Shown: one piece after another, positions 36,980-48,599 of the stretch
Position numbering within the stretch: the stretch's first letter is position 1
How the letters are laid out: every line of letters begins with the position of its first letter
Assembly (NCBI GenBank): GCA_964016885.1
Contig: OZ024740.1
Span: 104,532,001-104,596,000, forward strand
Length of the DNA: 64,000 nucleotides
Direction of reading: 5' to 3'
Origin: Eledone cirrhosa
Taxonomy: Eukaryota
Program-made: the position numbers and the translations under genes
Notes under the pieces: model-generated
Database searches by the model: none
Told to the model about the DNA's origin: nothing
The model's input: the letters and a program-made list of their open reading frames with translations, nothing else

Positions 36980-37318
36980 TCTTCTTGGTTGTCCATCATA
37001 AACGGTGATGACATCTTCTTCATTGTTGTTCCCGTCTGCCGTGGGCGCGAAGGTGGCTGTGGAGGCCGATCCTTGACTTGCAGGTCTGGGAACCTCCACC
37101 TGTTACCTCCACCTCTCGCCCATCGTCGCAGGGCTTTGGGAGTGCACATTAAAGAAGAAACCTGTGCGGGAAAGGTTTATAGTGGGAGGGCCAGTGCACA
37201 GTGACGGTCCCACTCACTCAGCCGCAGAAGCCAGAATCCGGTGGTACAGAGGACCGTCACGACCAGGGACTTCCTTGGCTGAAGTGGATGACCACGTCTG
37301 TAGTGCCTTGCCGTGCCC
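36980..37318 (-). mobile_element. GC-rich short non-autonomous element in a (CAA/CAC)n tract, probably RTE-derived
   Basis: Sharp compositional boundaries; minus-strand end ...TGATGGACAACCAAGAAGA resembles an RTE tail; no ORF. Confidence 0.5.
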
Positions 37319-37454
37319 TACAACAACAGTGCCACCACCATAACAACGACAACATTACTACCACAACAAGAACACTACTATGACAACAACAACACTACTA
37401 GCACAACCACAAGAACACTACTACGACAACAACCATGAAGAGTAAGAGACCCAC

Positions 37455-37620
37455 CTGTGAAGTTCTTCAGAGATCAGTTTGTTGAGGTAGGTTTGAAGTG
37501 CTATTTCCTGTTGGATACGTTTCTCTTCTATGACATTCCATCGCTTCTTCTTGGCACTTCGAAGAGCACTTGCAATGTCATCTCCAAAGTTCATTCTCTG
37601 TTCTTTGGCAAGGTCGTAAG
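37455..37620 (-). CDS. STUB1: STUB1/CHIP E3 ligase internal exon (end of TPR region into coiled coil; equivalent to vertebrate exon 3)
   Basis: Minus strand ttattttag|...|gtgggt, 166 bp. Translates [56 protein letters not shown], recognisably like CHIP [39 protein letters not shown]. Confidence 0.95.
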
Positions 37621-37916
37621 CTAAAATAATAACAACAGCAATAACACATTATTTTACAGATTAGGAAGGTTGACAGGGTTGCAATGAGGGCCCTCACAAT
37701 ATTTAAAAGACCTCAAATTACTTTTTTTGCTACTATAAATAATGCACAAAGGCCTCCAATGAAATTTTCAGTCGGAGGCCCTACGCAAGCTTAACCTGCC
37801 TCTGTTTAAAGCTAACTCAAGTAAAAAAAAAATACATACTATACACAGTGACAGTACACCTCACACACATATATTGTACACATCACACACATATATATTG
37901 ACAAACAGACATGTGC

Positions 37917-37949
<33 letters not shown>

Positions 37950-38999
37950 GTCAGGCAGTAACTTCACATCACTACTTAGCACACACTCAAACATTTCTTA
38001 CATATACAAGGGTCGGTTGAATAGTTCATACGCTGACCAAGATACTCTCATGGAATGACCAAATGAGGTTTATTTTTCAACATTTTTTTTCTTTTTTATA
38101 ACTGTTTCCCTGGGTTATACTTGTTATGCTGGTTGTGTCATTTAGGACAAAACATACAGAGAAAGTCATAAGTAACCTATCAGTTCAACATTTATATTCC
38201 AAATAATAATATTTACTAAAATTCTGGTAACACAGTATGAAATTATAAATACATCAAACAAAAGTAGTTAAAAATATATAATTAAAGTGTTCAAAAAGCT
38301 GATCCCAGTCTTCAATATATTTTGAACCAGATGTTTAAAAAGTTATCTGTGAACCTTGCAATAAAAACGCACTGACTGTCCCATTACTTATGACTCACCT
38401 TGTATATAAAAATGTTGTGCAAGAAGGCTTAAAATCTAGACGCCACAAAGACAAGTTTTAATCTAAAAGGTACTGCATGATTGCCTTGCATTCCTACAGG
38501 TTAATGATGATGATGATATTTCTCAGTTAATTGTGCCATATTTTGAAATATAATGATATAGGATCAACTAGAACAGGGATCCCCAAAACTTTTACACTAC
38601 TGGCCCCACTTCATGGAATTCATCCAGAGATATACAAAATTAAATAAACAGAATATAAAATTAATAGACAATAAAGACAGATCTAATATATATTTATGAA
38701 TGTGTGTTAGTATGCAAGTCTTGCTTCACCCCATCTCCCTCATTTTTATTTAATGATTGTTTGTTCCACCACTTCTGCCTCACTTCAGACTGTGCCTTTT
38801 ACCTCACTTCCCATTACTCATTTGCTCTCATTCTATTGCTATCTATTTCTCTTTTATACCTCTCTCGCTTTTTTTTTCCCACTCTCTTCCTTTTTCTCTG
38901 ATGTTCTCCTGTTCTGTGCTCTCTATAGCTCTGTACTTATCTTTCACTTTTTTATATCAACTTTCTCTCTCTCAATACTACCTTTAACATTTTATCAAT

Positions 39000-39075
<76 letters not shown>

Positions 39076-39078
<3 letters not shown>

Positions 39079-39462
39079 GCACATGGCTTAGTGGTTAGAG
39101 CATTGGCCTTGCAATCGAAAGGTTGTGAGTTCAATTCTCAGACCGAGTGATGTGTTGTTTCTTTGAGCAAGACACTTTATTTCACATTGCTCCAGTTTAC
39201 TCAGCTGTAGAAATGAGATGATAGGACTGGGGTCCCTATCATTCCACTGCAAAGTGGTCGTGGAGGTGCCAGAGCAAAAAAAAAAAAAGCACCCAGCCCA
39301 CACTGTAAAGTGGACGTGTAGGCGCCACGGAAAAAAAGCACCCAGCACTCACTGTAAATGAGGTTGGTGTTAGGAAGGGCATCCAGCTGTAGAAATCAAG
39401 CCAGAATCAGTTTCTGTCCCACTCTTGCAAGCAGGGAAAAGCGGACGTAAAATGATGATGAT
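39076..39462 (+). mobile_element. tRNA-derived SINE, family 2 (RTE-B tail)
   Basis: A box TGGCTTAGTGG, B box GTTCAATTC; 3' half matches the RTE-B 3'UTR; (GAT)n tail. Confidence 0.9.
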
Positions 39463-39649
39463 ATATATGTATATATATAAAAATTAGAATTGGAGCTCTG
39501 AAATAGCAATATATATATGGATGTATATATAATGTATTTTGCAATACACTTTATGCTTAATTAAAAGCATTTTGAAGACCGTAAGCTATTGTTTTTTTTT
39601 AGAGTAGTGACAAATTCACTTACTTTGATCTCAGCAAACAGGGGAGATA

Positions 39650-39694
39650 AGCCGACAAGGCCTTGTTTCGCTTTTGTTGAAGCTTATCAAGGCT
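39650..39694 (-). ncRNA. Type I hammerhead, U3-A8 variant
   Basis: Reverse complement reads agcc-TTGATAA-gctt caacaa aagc-GAAA-caaggccttg-TC-ggct. Confidence 0.87.
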
Positions 39695-39793
39695 AACTAC
39701 TCCCACCTGTCTACCGAGATCACTGATGTTATATTCTTATAGAATTCTAGTAAATAATCAGGAGCTGATTATGCAGAGCGGTTGTTGGTAGTT

Positions 39794-39838
39794 AGCCTTG
39801 ATAAGCTTCAACAAAAGCGAAACAAGGCCTTGTCGGCT
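39794..39838 (+). ncRNA. Type I hammerhead, U3-A8 variant
   Basis: agcc-TTGATAA-gctt caacaa aagc-GAAA-caaggccttg-TC-ggct; predicted cut after 39834. Confidence 0.87.
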
Positions 39839-40116
39839 TATCTCCCCTGTTTGCTGAGATCAAAGTAAGTGAATTTGTCACTACTCTAAAAAAAAACAAT
39901 AGCTTACGATCTTCAAAATGCTTTTAATTAAGCATAAAGTGTATTGCAAAATACATTATATATACATCCATATATATATTGCTATTTCAGAGCTCCAATT
40001 CTAATTTTTAATTTCTGCCTGACCAACAACCGCTCTGCATAATCAGCTCCTGATTATTTACTAGAATTCTATAAGAATATAACATCAGTGATCTCGGTAG
40101 ACAGGTAGGAGTAGTT

Positions 40117-40161
40117 AGCCTTGATAAGCTTCAACAAAAGCGAAACAAGGCCTTGTCGGCT
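40117..40161 (+). ncRNA. Type I hammerhead, U3-A8 variant
   Basis: Identical motif; predicted cut after 40157. Confidence 0.87.
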
Positions 40162-40320
40162 TATCTCCCCTGTTTGCTGAGATCAAAGTAAGTGAATTTG
40201 TCACTACTCTAAAAAAAAAAAACAATAGCTTACGGTCTTCAAAAGGCTTTTAATTAAGCATAAAGTGTATTGCAAAATACATTATATATACATCCATATA
40301 TATATATATATATATATATA

Positions 40321-41146
40321 CAAATTAGCAACGGAGGTGGGTGTTCGGAAAGTACAATAACTAAGGTAAGAACAGGATGGAAGAAGTTCAGGGAACTTCT
40401 GCAACTGCTAGCTGCAAAAGGCTTTTCCCTCAAAATGAAAGGCAGACTGTATGATGCGTGTATACGAATAGCAATGTTACATGGTAGTGAGACCTGAGTG
40501 CTGTCTGTAGAAGACTTGCGTAGATTAGAAAGAAACGAAGCCTGCATGCTCTGATGGATGTGTAATAGTAATATACGCGAACAGCAAAGTATAAATGAAT
40601 TGAAAGAGAGACTGAGCATAAGAGGAATCAAATGCTGTGTGCAAGAGAGGAGGTTGCATTGGTATGGACATGTGATGCGCATGAAGGATGACAGCTGCAT
40701 AAAAAGGTGCAGAGCACTAGAAGTCGATGGAAGCCGAGGAGTGGGGAAACCCAAGAAGACGTGGGATGAGGTGATAAAAGCCGACCTTACCCAATTGCAC
40801 CTGTCACAACTGTGACCTCTGGCGTCACGTAGTAATACAGAAGACCCGACTCTCCACAGTTACAAGCCGAAGCTGAAGCATATAGACAATATGCCCCCAC
40901 CCCCTCCCAAGTGGTCGTGGAGGTGCCATGGAAAAAAAAGCACCCAGCCAACACTGTAAAGTGGACGTGTAGGTGCCACAGAAAAAAAGCACCCAGCACT
41001 CACTGTAAATGAGGTTTGTGTTAGGAAGGGCATCCAGAATCAGTTCCTGTATTAGCCGACTGGACACTGCCCACAACAGGACAACCCGTCTAACCCATGC
41101 TAGCATGGAAGAACGAGCTTAAAACGGTGATGATGATGATGATGAT
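40321..41146 (+). mobile_element. 5'-truncated RTE (family B)
   Basis: ORF pieces 40270-40497 and 40558-40815; (GAT)n tail. Confidence 0.92.
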
Positions 41147-41345
41147 ACTTTGGAACATTTTTTTAGTTGTCATTTAAAAAATGTTATCATACATCAAAAG
41201 TTATTTCATTATAAAGAAAAACTACAATATATATATGATGGATGAGACTGGAGCTATCAATGGTGTTGTGGTGATGGTGTGATAATGATATAGGAGTGGT
41301 ATGACGGTGGTGGTGTTGTGTTATCTGTTTTTTGTTTATTATTTG

Positions 41346-42050
41346 CTAGGCCTGAAGGAAGAGTCTTTGTCCATGACCTTTGCAGGTTCTCCTGATGAGA
41401 TTAAAGCTGTTGATTCTTAGTTTAAATTGTTGTAAGTCAAGTCCTGCATGAAAGACATGCAAGGAAAGAATTCCAGGGGGCCCCCGATATTCAGGGGAAG
41501 AAGGAATGTGAATAGTGGTTAGTGCAAGGCCTAGGGAGTTGGACACAATATGAGTAATAAGAGAAGAGCCAAGTGAGACAAGTGCCTGAGTGTAGGTGTC
41601 ATGAGGTCAGCCAGAATGAGGAGCAGATGTCATTGGAATAACTACAAATATGAGCCAGAGGCTGGAGAGTGTCAGTCAGTGACTTTATGCCAATCAGACG
41701 AGTTACTTTTCCCTATATGTAGTTTAGGGTGTATATACATATGGCAGCAACACTTCTCCAGATGTGAGTATGTATATGTGGCAGCACTTCTACATTGTTG
41801 GTTTTACCTGAACATTGAAGAGGGTCAGATGTTGTTTGGGTGCTGAAGTATTTTCTGGCTATGAAGAGAAGAGCCAGTCTGTTAGACTGTTCTAATTATG
41901 TGGACAATTTACAATATGCATTCACCATGACAGAGCTTTAGTCATAATGAAGCCTCACATTTGGAGTGTATGCAAGGGCTCTTCTAATTGCATGCTGTTC
42001 CTGCTTAAGGGTTGTGTTTTAAGTGCCTACACATAGAATCAACGAAGTAA
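41346..42050 (-). mobile_element. Very old CR1/L2-group LINE 3' remnant
   Basis: VKPTM*KCCHI resembles the VRPxMEYCxHIW motif; LDLQQFKLRIN-type C-terminus. Confidence 0.5.
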
Positions 42051-42209
42051 ATGAACAACAGCAATAAAAATGAATCAGATCTTCCACTGATTTGGTTTTA
42101 ATCATTAAACCGGTCTGCAGTCATGCAGGGGCAACATCTTAAGGTGTTTTGGTGATCATATTGATGCCAGTACTTATTCCAATCTATTACTAATTATTTA
42201 TCTCTATTT

Positions 42210-42527
42210 GGAGGCATATGACTTAGTGGTTAGAGCATTGGCCTTGCAATCGAAAGGTTGTGAGTTCAATTCTCAGACCGGGTGATGTGTTGTTTCCTTG
42301 AGCAAGACACTTTATTTCACATTGCTCCAGTTTACTCAGCTGTAGAAATGAGATGATAGGACTGGGGTCCCTATCATTCCACTGCAAAGTGGTCGTGGAG
42401 GTGCCAGGGAAAAAAAGCACCCAGCACTCACTGTAAATGAGGTTGGTGTTAGGAAGGGCATCCAGCTGTAGAAATCAAGCAGGGAAAAGTGGACGTAAAA
42501 TGAAATGATGATGATGATGATGATGAT
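42210..42527 (+). mobile_element. tRNA-derived SINE, family 2
   Basis: Near-identical to 39076-39462 with a shorter tail. Confidence 0.9.
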
Positions 42528-42560
42528 TTTCCAAACTATTACATTATCGGAGAAAAGCAA

Positions 42561-42604
<44 letters not shown>

Positions 42605-42766
42605 ATATGTGTTTCAAATAATATATCTATGCAAAGTAGTAATAATTATTTTTTAAATTGTCCACTGACTGAGCTATGTCTTTCCTAAGCAACGTCAGGT
42701 CCTACTCTTAGCTATATATAAATCCGATACATGTATAAGCAAGTCGTGCTTGATTGTATAATATTG

Positions 42767-42900
42767 TGGATTGGTAGAATTGTTAGACAGTCAGGCTAAA
42801 TGCCTTGCATCATTTGTTCTGGCACATTACATTCTGGATTCAAATCCCATGGAAGTCAACTCTCCCTTTCATCCTTTCAGGGTTAATAAAATAAAATACT
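42767..42900 (+). mobile_element. Degenerate SINE, family 1
   Basis: GGATTGGTAGAATTGTTAGA...CCTTTCATCCTTTCAGGGTTAATAAAA. Confidence 0.7.
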
Positions 42901-43089
42901 ATATATTAGATAAAATGTAACTAGTTAAGACCACAAAAAAAAAAACAATAGAAGACTCAGCAAGCACCACCACACTTATAAAAATTCCAGTTTCAACCCT
43001 CCACACAATGTCAATGTCACCACACCAAAAACAAAGAAGTTCTTCACACTTCTTAAAAAGCACCTCCCTCTGCAACACTACTATCATAA

Positions 43090-43650
43090 GATATTCAAGT
43101 GAAACACCATTAAACTCTCCTTAAGTATCCCCCCTAACTTAGCACATCTCTTCAAACCCAGCTAAACTCAACTCTAGAAGAACACACAGGTCAAGACACA
43201 AATAGAACCAGACAATGCAATTGCACTAACGTAAATGATTGCCTACCTAACACCAAATGCCATGAAACAATCTTGTATATAAATGCAGCATTATCACAAA
43301 CCAGTCCAAAAAAGCATACATAGGTCTCATGGCTTGTTAGTTCAAAACAAGGTTCTATCAGCACCAACACAGCCTTCGAAACCCAACATGGAAAAATGCC
43401 ATGACACTCAAGCTACATATGAGACTTACGTGAAAAAAATACATCTTTCAAGTTGCAATGAAGTATCCTGACTAAGGCCATACACCAAGGGATGCCATCC
43501 ATGAAAACTCTTCTCCAAGGACATCATAAACATACTGTTTGTTAATGAACCACTACTCAACAGAAAGACCAAACTCATTACATCATGTAAACACAGGATA
43601 TATAAAAGATACAATATACATACAAACCTGTACACAACCCCAGAAGATAA
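43090..43650 (+). mobile_element. Degenerate Naiad-type Penelope GIY-YIG remnant
   Basis: QCNCTNVNDCLPNTKC / NLVYKCSIITNQSKKAYIGL...FKTRFYQHQHSLRN: CNC-x-C knuckle followed by VY...YIG. Boundaries approximate. Confidence 0.7.
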
Positions 43651-45108
43651 GACTATTTGCATACACACACCTCGAACCTCCAGAAATTTCAAAACCAATA
43701 ACACATACTTGTTACACACCAACACAAGGCATCCCTAACACACACCCAACATCATGAACAACACCTGAATGAAGGCTACCTGAATATAACACCCTACAAA
43801 CAGAAAATAACTCAAACAAGCCTACATAACTATACAATTTAACCTACAACAAGGCCAAAACATTTTCCATAGACTAACGCACACATTTGGACAAACAGAC
43901 TGACACTACATAATATGACAACAACTATTACACTCTTCACCAATAGTGAAAGAAGTTATACATACACAACTAAAGGCATACACCAAATGACCACAACACA
44001 AAACAAATAACTCTCAGAAGAAACCTCAGACAACAATCCCCCAAACACAGAACCATCCCATACACTACACTATTACACCTATATTGCCAAAACCTTTCCT
44101 GTAAAATAAGGCATACATAATGATAAGTATAACGATACGACCAACACACAGGGTACTCAGCAAAAAATAGCCAACAATATTATCTAACCAATGGAAAGCT
44201 TAAACAACACGCCTATAATACCCATCTAATTTATTCAGTTATTAACCAAACACAGAATCACCTCATTACACAACACCTATACTACACCCACTAAATTCTT
44301 ACACTAATACAATCTTATATTTCATTTCTCTTCAATAGAAAATGACAGAAGACATTGAAAATACAGACACAAAGCTGGAGAGTGGCGACAACACTGCATT
44401 AACAAACTGTTTCTGGCTTGGTTTCTACAACTGGGTGCCCAAACACCAACCAGATTTACGGCGTGATCTGGGTGCTTTTTATCATGACACCAAAATGACC
44501 AACTGACAGTTTGAGCTGGATACTTTTTCATCGCAAAAAAATATATTCTTTTAATCATCACTGGGCAAGTTCATTTATAAATACTGGTGTTCATAAGAAG
44601 CAGGTATTAAAATATCTCGTCCCAAGGGAAATAATTCCAACAAGGGGTGCTAGTAGTAAAGGTGTGATACAGGATAACAATCTTTATCATATTACTCTAG
44701 TCTTATTTTTAGAAAGACATGTTCAACCTATATGTAAAGAAAGTAGTGAGGGAGAAAGGATTTAAGCTATACTACCATTAAGCCTTTTTGATGACAACCT
44801 ACTCAAAACTTCTGATTCTATGAAATAAAATCACATATTTTAAAGAATTCCAGTTTAAATTAAAACCATCAAACCTTTTTTATTTTTTTTTTTTTTTTTA
44901 CTAGTAAAAGAAACTTTATCCATTCCATTTTGTACATATAAACAATTTATGTGATATGTATAATGAACATGAAATATTCAAAAGAAACAAATCAATTGAA
45001 ATCAAAGAAAAAGAAAGTAGCATTGCAAAAGACTATGAGAGGAAAAGAGGGAAAAAGCAAAGAACCTTTTGTTGTGTTACAAATATTATCTTAATAATGA
45101 AATAACAA

Positions 45109-46559
45109 ATCATCATCATCATCATCAACGTTTAACGTCCGTGTTCCACGCTTGCATGGGTTTGGACGGGGGGTTTTCCCACTTGAGGCAAGAGTGATTG
45201 TCTTGCTCGCATAGGACTGTCTGGCAGGTTTTCTACAGTTGGATGCCCTTCCTAACACCAACCACATTTACAGTGTGGGTCTGGGAGGTTTTTACCGTGT
45301 TGCCTACACGGCCACATTACAGCGTGGACTGTGTTTTTTTGTCGTGACACCTACACGATCTCATTTGTTTCGGCCTGGATGGTGTGGCACCAACACAACT
45401 TTACATAGAAGGGGGCGGTGTGGATGGGGGGGGGGGTGTATTTTGTTAGAGATGCCTACTGACTGTAGTAGGTTTTACTATGTATTTAGGTAAGGCGGGT
45501 CTTCTCTATTACTGAGTACCGCCAAAGGTCTCGGTCCAGTGACATTGTCTTGGAGAGGTGTAAGTGTGTGAGGTCGGAGTTTATCAGCTCGTCCCAGGTT
45601 TTTCTAGGTCTGCCTATTCCGTGGCTACCGTCTATCTTTATTGCCCTGCACTTTGTTATACAGCTATCGACTTTCATGCGCATCACGTGTCCATACCAAC
45701 GTAGCCTTCTCTCGAGTAAACAACATCTGATCCCTCTTATTTCTAATTTTTTCCTTAGTTCGTTTATGCTTTGCCGTTCACGAATATTACTATTATAAAT
45801 CCAGCGGAGCATGCAAGCTTCGTTCCTCTCTAGTCTGCATATATCCTCTGCACACAATGCCCATGTCTCACTGCCATGCAACATTGCTGTTCGTATGCAG
45901 GCATCATACAACCTGCCTTTCATTTTTAGGGAGAACCCTTTAGCGGCTTATAGTGGTATAAGCTCTCTGAACTTTTTCCATCCAGTTCTGACTCTAGCTA
46001 CTGTACTTTCAGAGCACCCTCCCCCACTGCTGATTTTGTCACCCAGGTAACGGAAGCTGTCCACTATTTCTATAGAGCCCTCTGCGCAGTTGAAAGAGCT
46101 AGTATTTTGTGGGCACTTGCTGCTACTTATTGCACCAGAGCACCGGCCACATGTGAAATCTATGTTCTTAGATAGCTTACCTGTGATCCAACTACATCTT
46201 TTATGCACCCATACTTTGCATTTCTGACACAAAATGGAGTTTCTACCTACGCCTTTTCCTACACACTAAGCATGGCCACTTCCCGGAAGGGACCGCCGCC
46301 TTATTTTCTTTCCTACAAACTAGAACTTTGGTCTTAGCCAGATTAATTTTAAGGCCTTTTGATTCTAGGCCGTGCTTCCATGTTTGGAATTTCTTCTCTA
46401 GCTCGGCCATTGATTCAGCTATGAGTGTTAGGTCGTCTGCGTATAGGAGTTCCCATGGGCAGCCGGTCTTGAACTCCTCCGTTATAGCCTGAAGGGCAAT
46501 AATAAATAGTAGGGGGCTGAGAACAGAGCCCTGATGGACGCCAACTTTTACGCTAAACT
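45109..46559 (-). mobile_element. 5'-truncated RTE (family A)
   Basis: ORFs 45948-46232 and 45486-45923; single 3'UTR unit; (CAT)n tail. Confidence 0.95.
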
Positions 46560-46636
46560 AAAATAATTTTAGTAAATCTCTTGAAATTGTTCATTAATTA
46601 ACATAAAATACAGCATATGTCATTAGAAATATGATT

Positions 46637-47170
46637 TCTAATTTAGGCACATGGCCAGAAAATTTAGGGAGAAAGCAAGGGTAAAAAGACAAAGACATCC
46701 TTTAATCACAAATGCCCATGCATTTTGCACCTAGAAAGTTCCGAGGCACAAGCCCATGCATACCAGTCTCCTCTCTCCACACTATTCATGTTGTCCAAGA
46801 AAAAGGCAAAAGCCAATACAGCTTGGCACCAGTGACATCACAACTCATTTCTGCAGCTGAGTGAACTGGGGAAATGTGAAATAAACTGTCTTGATCAAGG
46901 ACACAATGCATTCTCCAGTCCGGCAATCAAACTCACAATGAATCTAACACTTTAACCACTAAGCCATCTGCCTTCACAGGGGGGGGGGGGGGGGGGTAAA
47001 GTTGATTAATTCAATCCCAGTACTTGACTGGTCCTTTAATTTATCAACCGCAGAAGGATGAAAGGCAAAGTTGACCTTGGTGGGATTTAAACTCAGAATG
47101 TAATAAGAGCTAGAGTGAATACCACAACAGCATTTTATCTGACGCCCTACCAATTCTACTAACCCACTGT
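46637..47170 (-). mobile_element. Family-1 SINE with a family-2-related SINE nested inside (~46697-46977)
   Basis: Tail TTTCTAATTTAGGCACA..., core AAGGATGAAAGGCAAAGTTGACC; the inner copy ends AACCACTAAGCCATCTGCC. Confidence 0.7.
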
Positions 47171-47408
47171 CTTTATGTCATTAGAAATATGGACACAAAA
47201 TAGTAAATCTACACTACTATTAAATTACAAAATAATAAATAAATAAACTATGTGGTAACAAAGATACATACAGTTCTGTTAGTAAATTATGGATACAATT
47301 AGGGTGTAAAATACAGGTGGTCATTATTATAGATGAAATATTTGAAACCATTAATTAATAAACAGGTTTTACAATTACACACACAATAGAACTCATTGTT
47401 TGAAACAA

Positions 47409-47620
47409 GTGGATTAGCAGAGCTCTTAAAGCGTTGGACAAATGCTTAGCAGTTTTTGTTCCAGCTCTTTACGTTTAGAGTTCAAATCACACTAAGGTCA
47501 ACTTTACCTTTCATCCTTCTGAGCAATAAAATGAAGTACTAGTAAAGTACTGGGGTTGATTTAATCGACCACCTCACCAGCCTCCGCCAAATTGCTGGCT
47601 GTGTGCAGGAATTATTATTT
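47409..47620 (+). mobile_element. SINE, family 1
   Basis: GAGTTCAAATC...GGTCAACTTTACCTTTCATCC. Confidence 0.75.
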
Positions 47621-48599
47621 GAACCCTCAGTTATCTCCGATAAGTGTTCCAGTTGTTTGACCAATGGAACAGCTTACTTGTGAAGTTAACATGCAAGTGG
47701 CTGAGCATTCCACAGACACATGAACCTTTAATGTAATTCTCATGGCAATTCAGCATGACTGTGTGTGAAAAGGCTGGCTCTTTGAATTACAGGTACAATG
47801 CATTTTTCCAGCTGAGAGATCTGGAGAAAACATGAAAATAAAGTTTCTCACCCAGGGACACAACAGGCCACTGGGGATCATATAGTATTCTCCTCCATCC
47901 TCCATCCCGTACACCTCCAATGAGCACAGGCTGAAGCATACAGCTGGTATGCACAACCTTCACTATCCCCCACTTCCATACACCTCCCATGTCCTAACAT
48001 TCCACCCTCACATACACCTATATACCCACCTCCCTAATCTCCACACACACTACCCACCATAGTCCCCAACCCACAATGTAAAGTGGTCGTGTAAGTGTCA
48101 TGACAAAAAGAACCCAGCCCACACTGTAAAGTGGTCATGTAGTTGAAAAATCAAAATGAACGAATTATGTATTCTTCCCTATCTGGCCTACGTAGGCCTA
48201 CATAGGCCAATTAGGGAGGAATACATTTGCCCTTCATATCTTTCTACTGCATTGTAGAATATTTATATATTTTCATATTATTATGTTTATTATGGCTGAA
48301 TTAGCTCACTCTAACTTACCAATGTTTAATGGGCAAATTAGCTTGCTCTTACTTCCTAATGTTTAATGGCTGAATTAGCTTGCTCTCACTTCCTAGCTTA
48401 CCTTGTTGCCTCTCTTAATATTCGGCATGTTGATTCCAATTCACATAAGATTATCTTCCTTTATTATTCATATATTTTCATATTATTACCACACTTCCCC
48501 CTCCTATATCACTTGCACCTCTCCCTTTCCCACCACCTCTTCACATGTTGGCCCCCTCCTACATCAACAATGCCGATTCCACCCCACCCCCATAAATTA

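Larger units (their letters stand above)
39479..40300. mobile_element. Retrozyme-like element, locus 2 (inverted ~1 unit plus ~1.6 tandem units, 323-bp period)
   Basis: Homologous to locus 1; three hammerheads; flanked by (TA)n. Confidence 0.88.

Noticed and set aside
39076-39150. tRNA gene
   Set aside because: A and B boxes are present but there is no full cloverleaf, and the sequence continues into a SINE body and RTE tail.
41392-41420. CTGATGA hammerhead seed (also 20544, 26021, 53989, 63627)
   Set aside because: No properly placed GAAA or stems.
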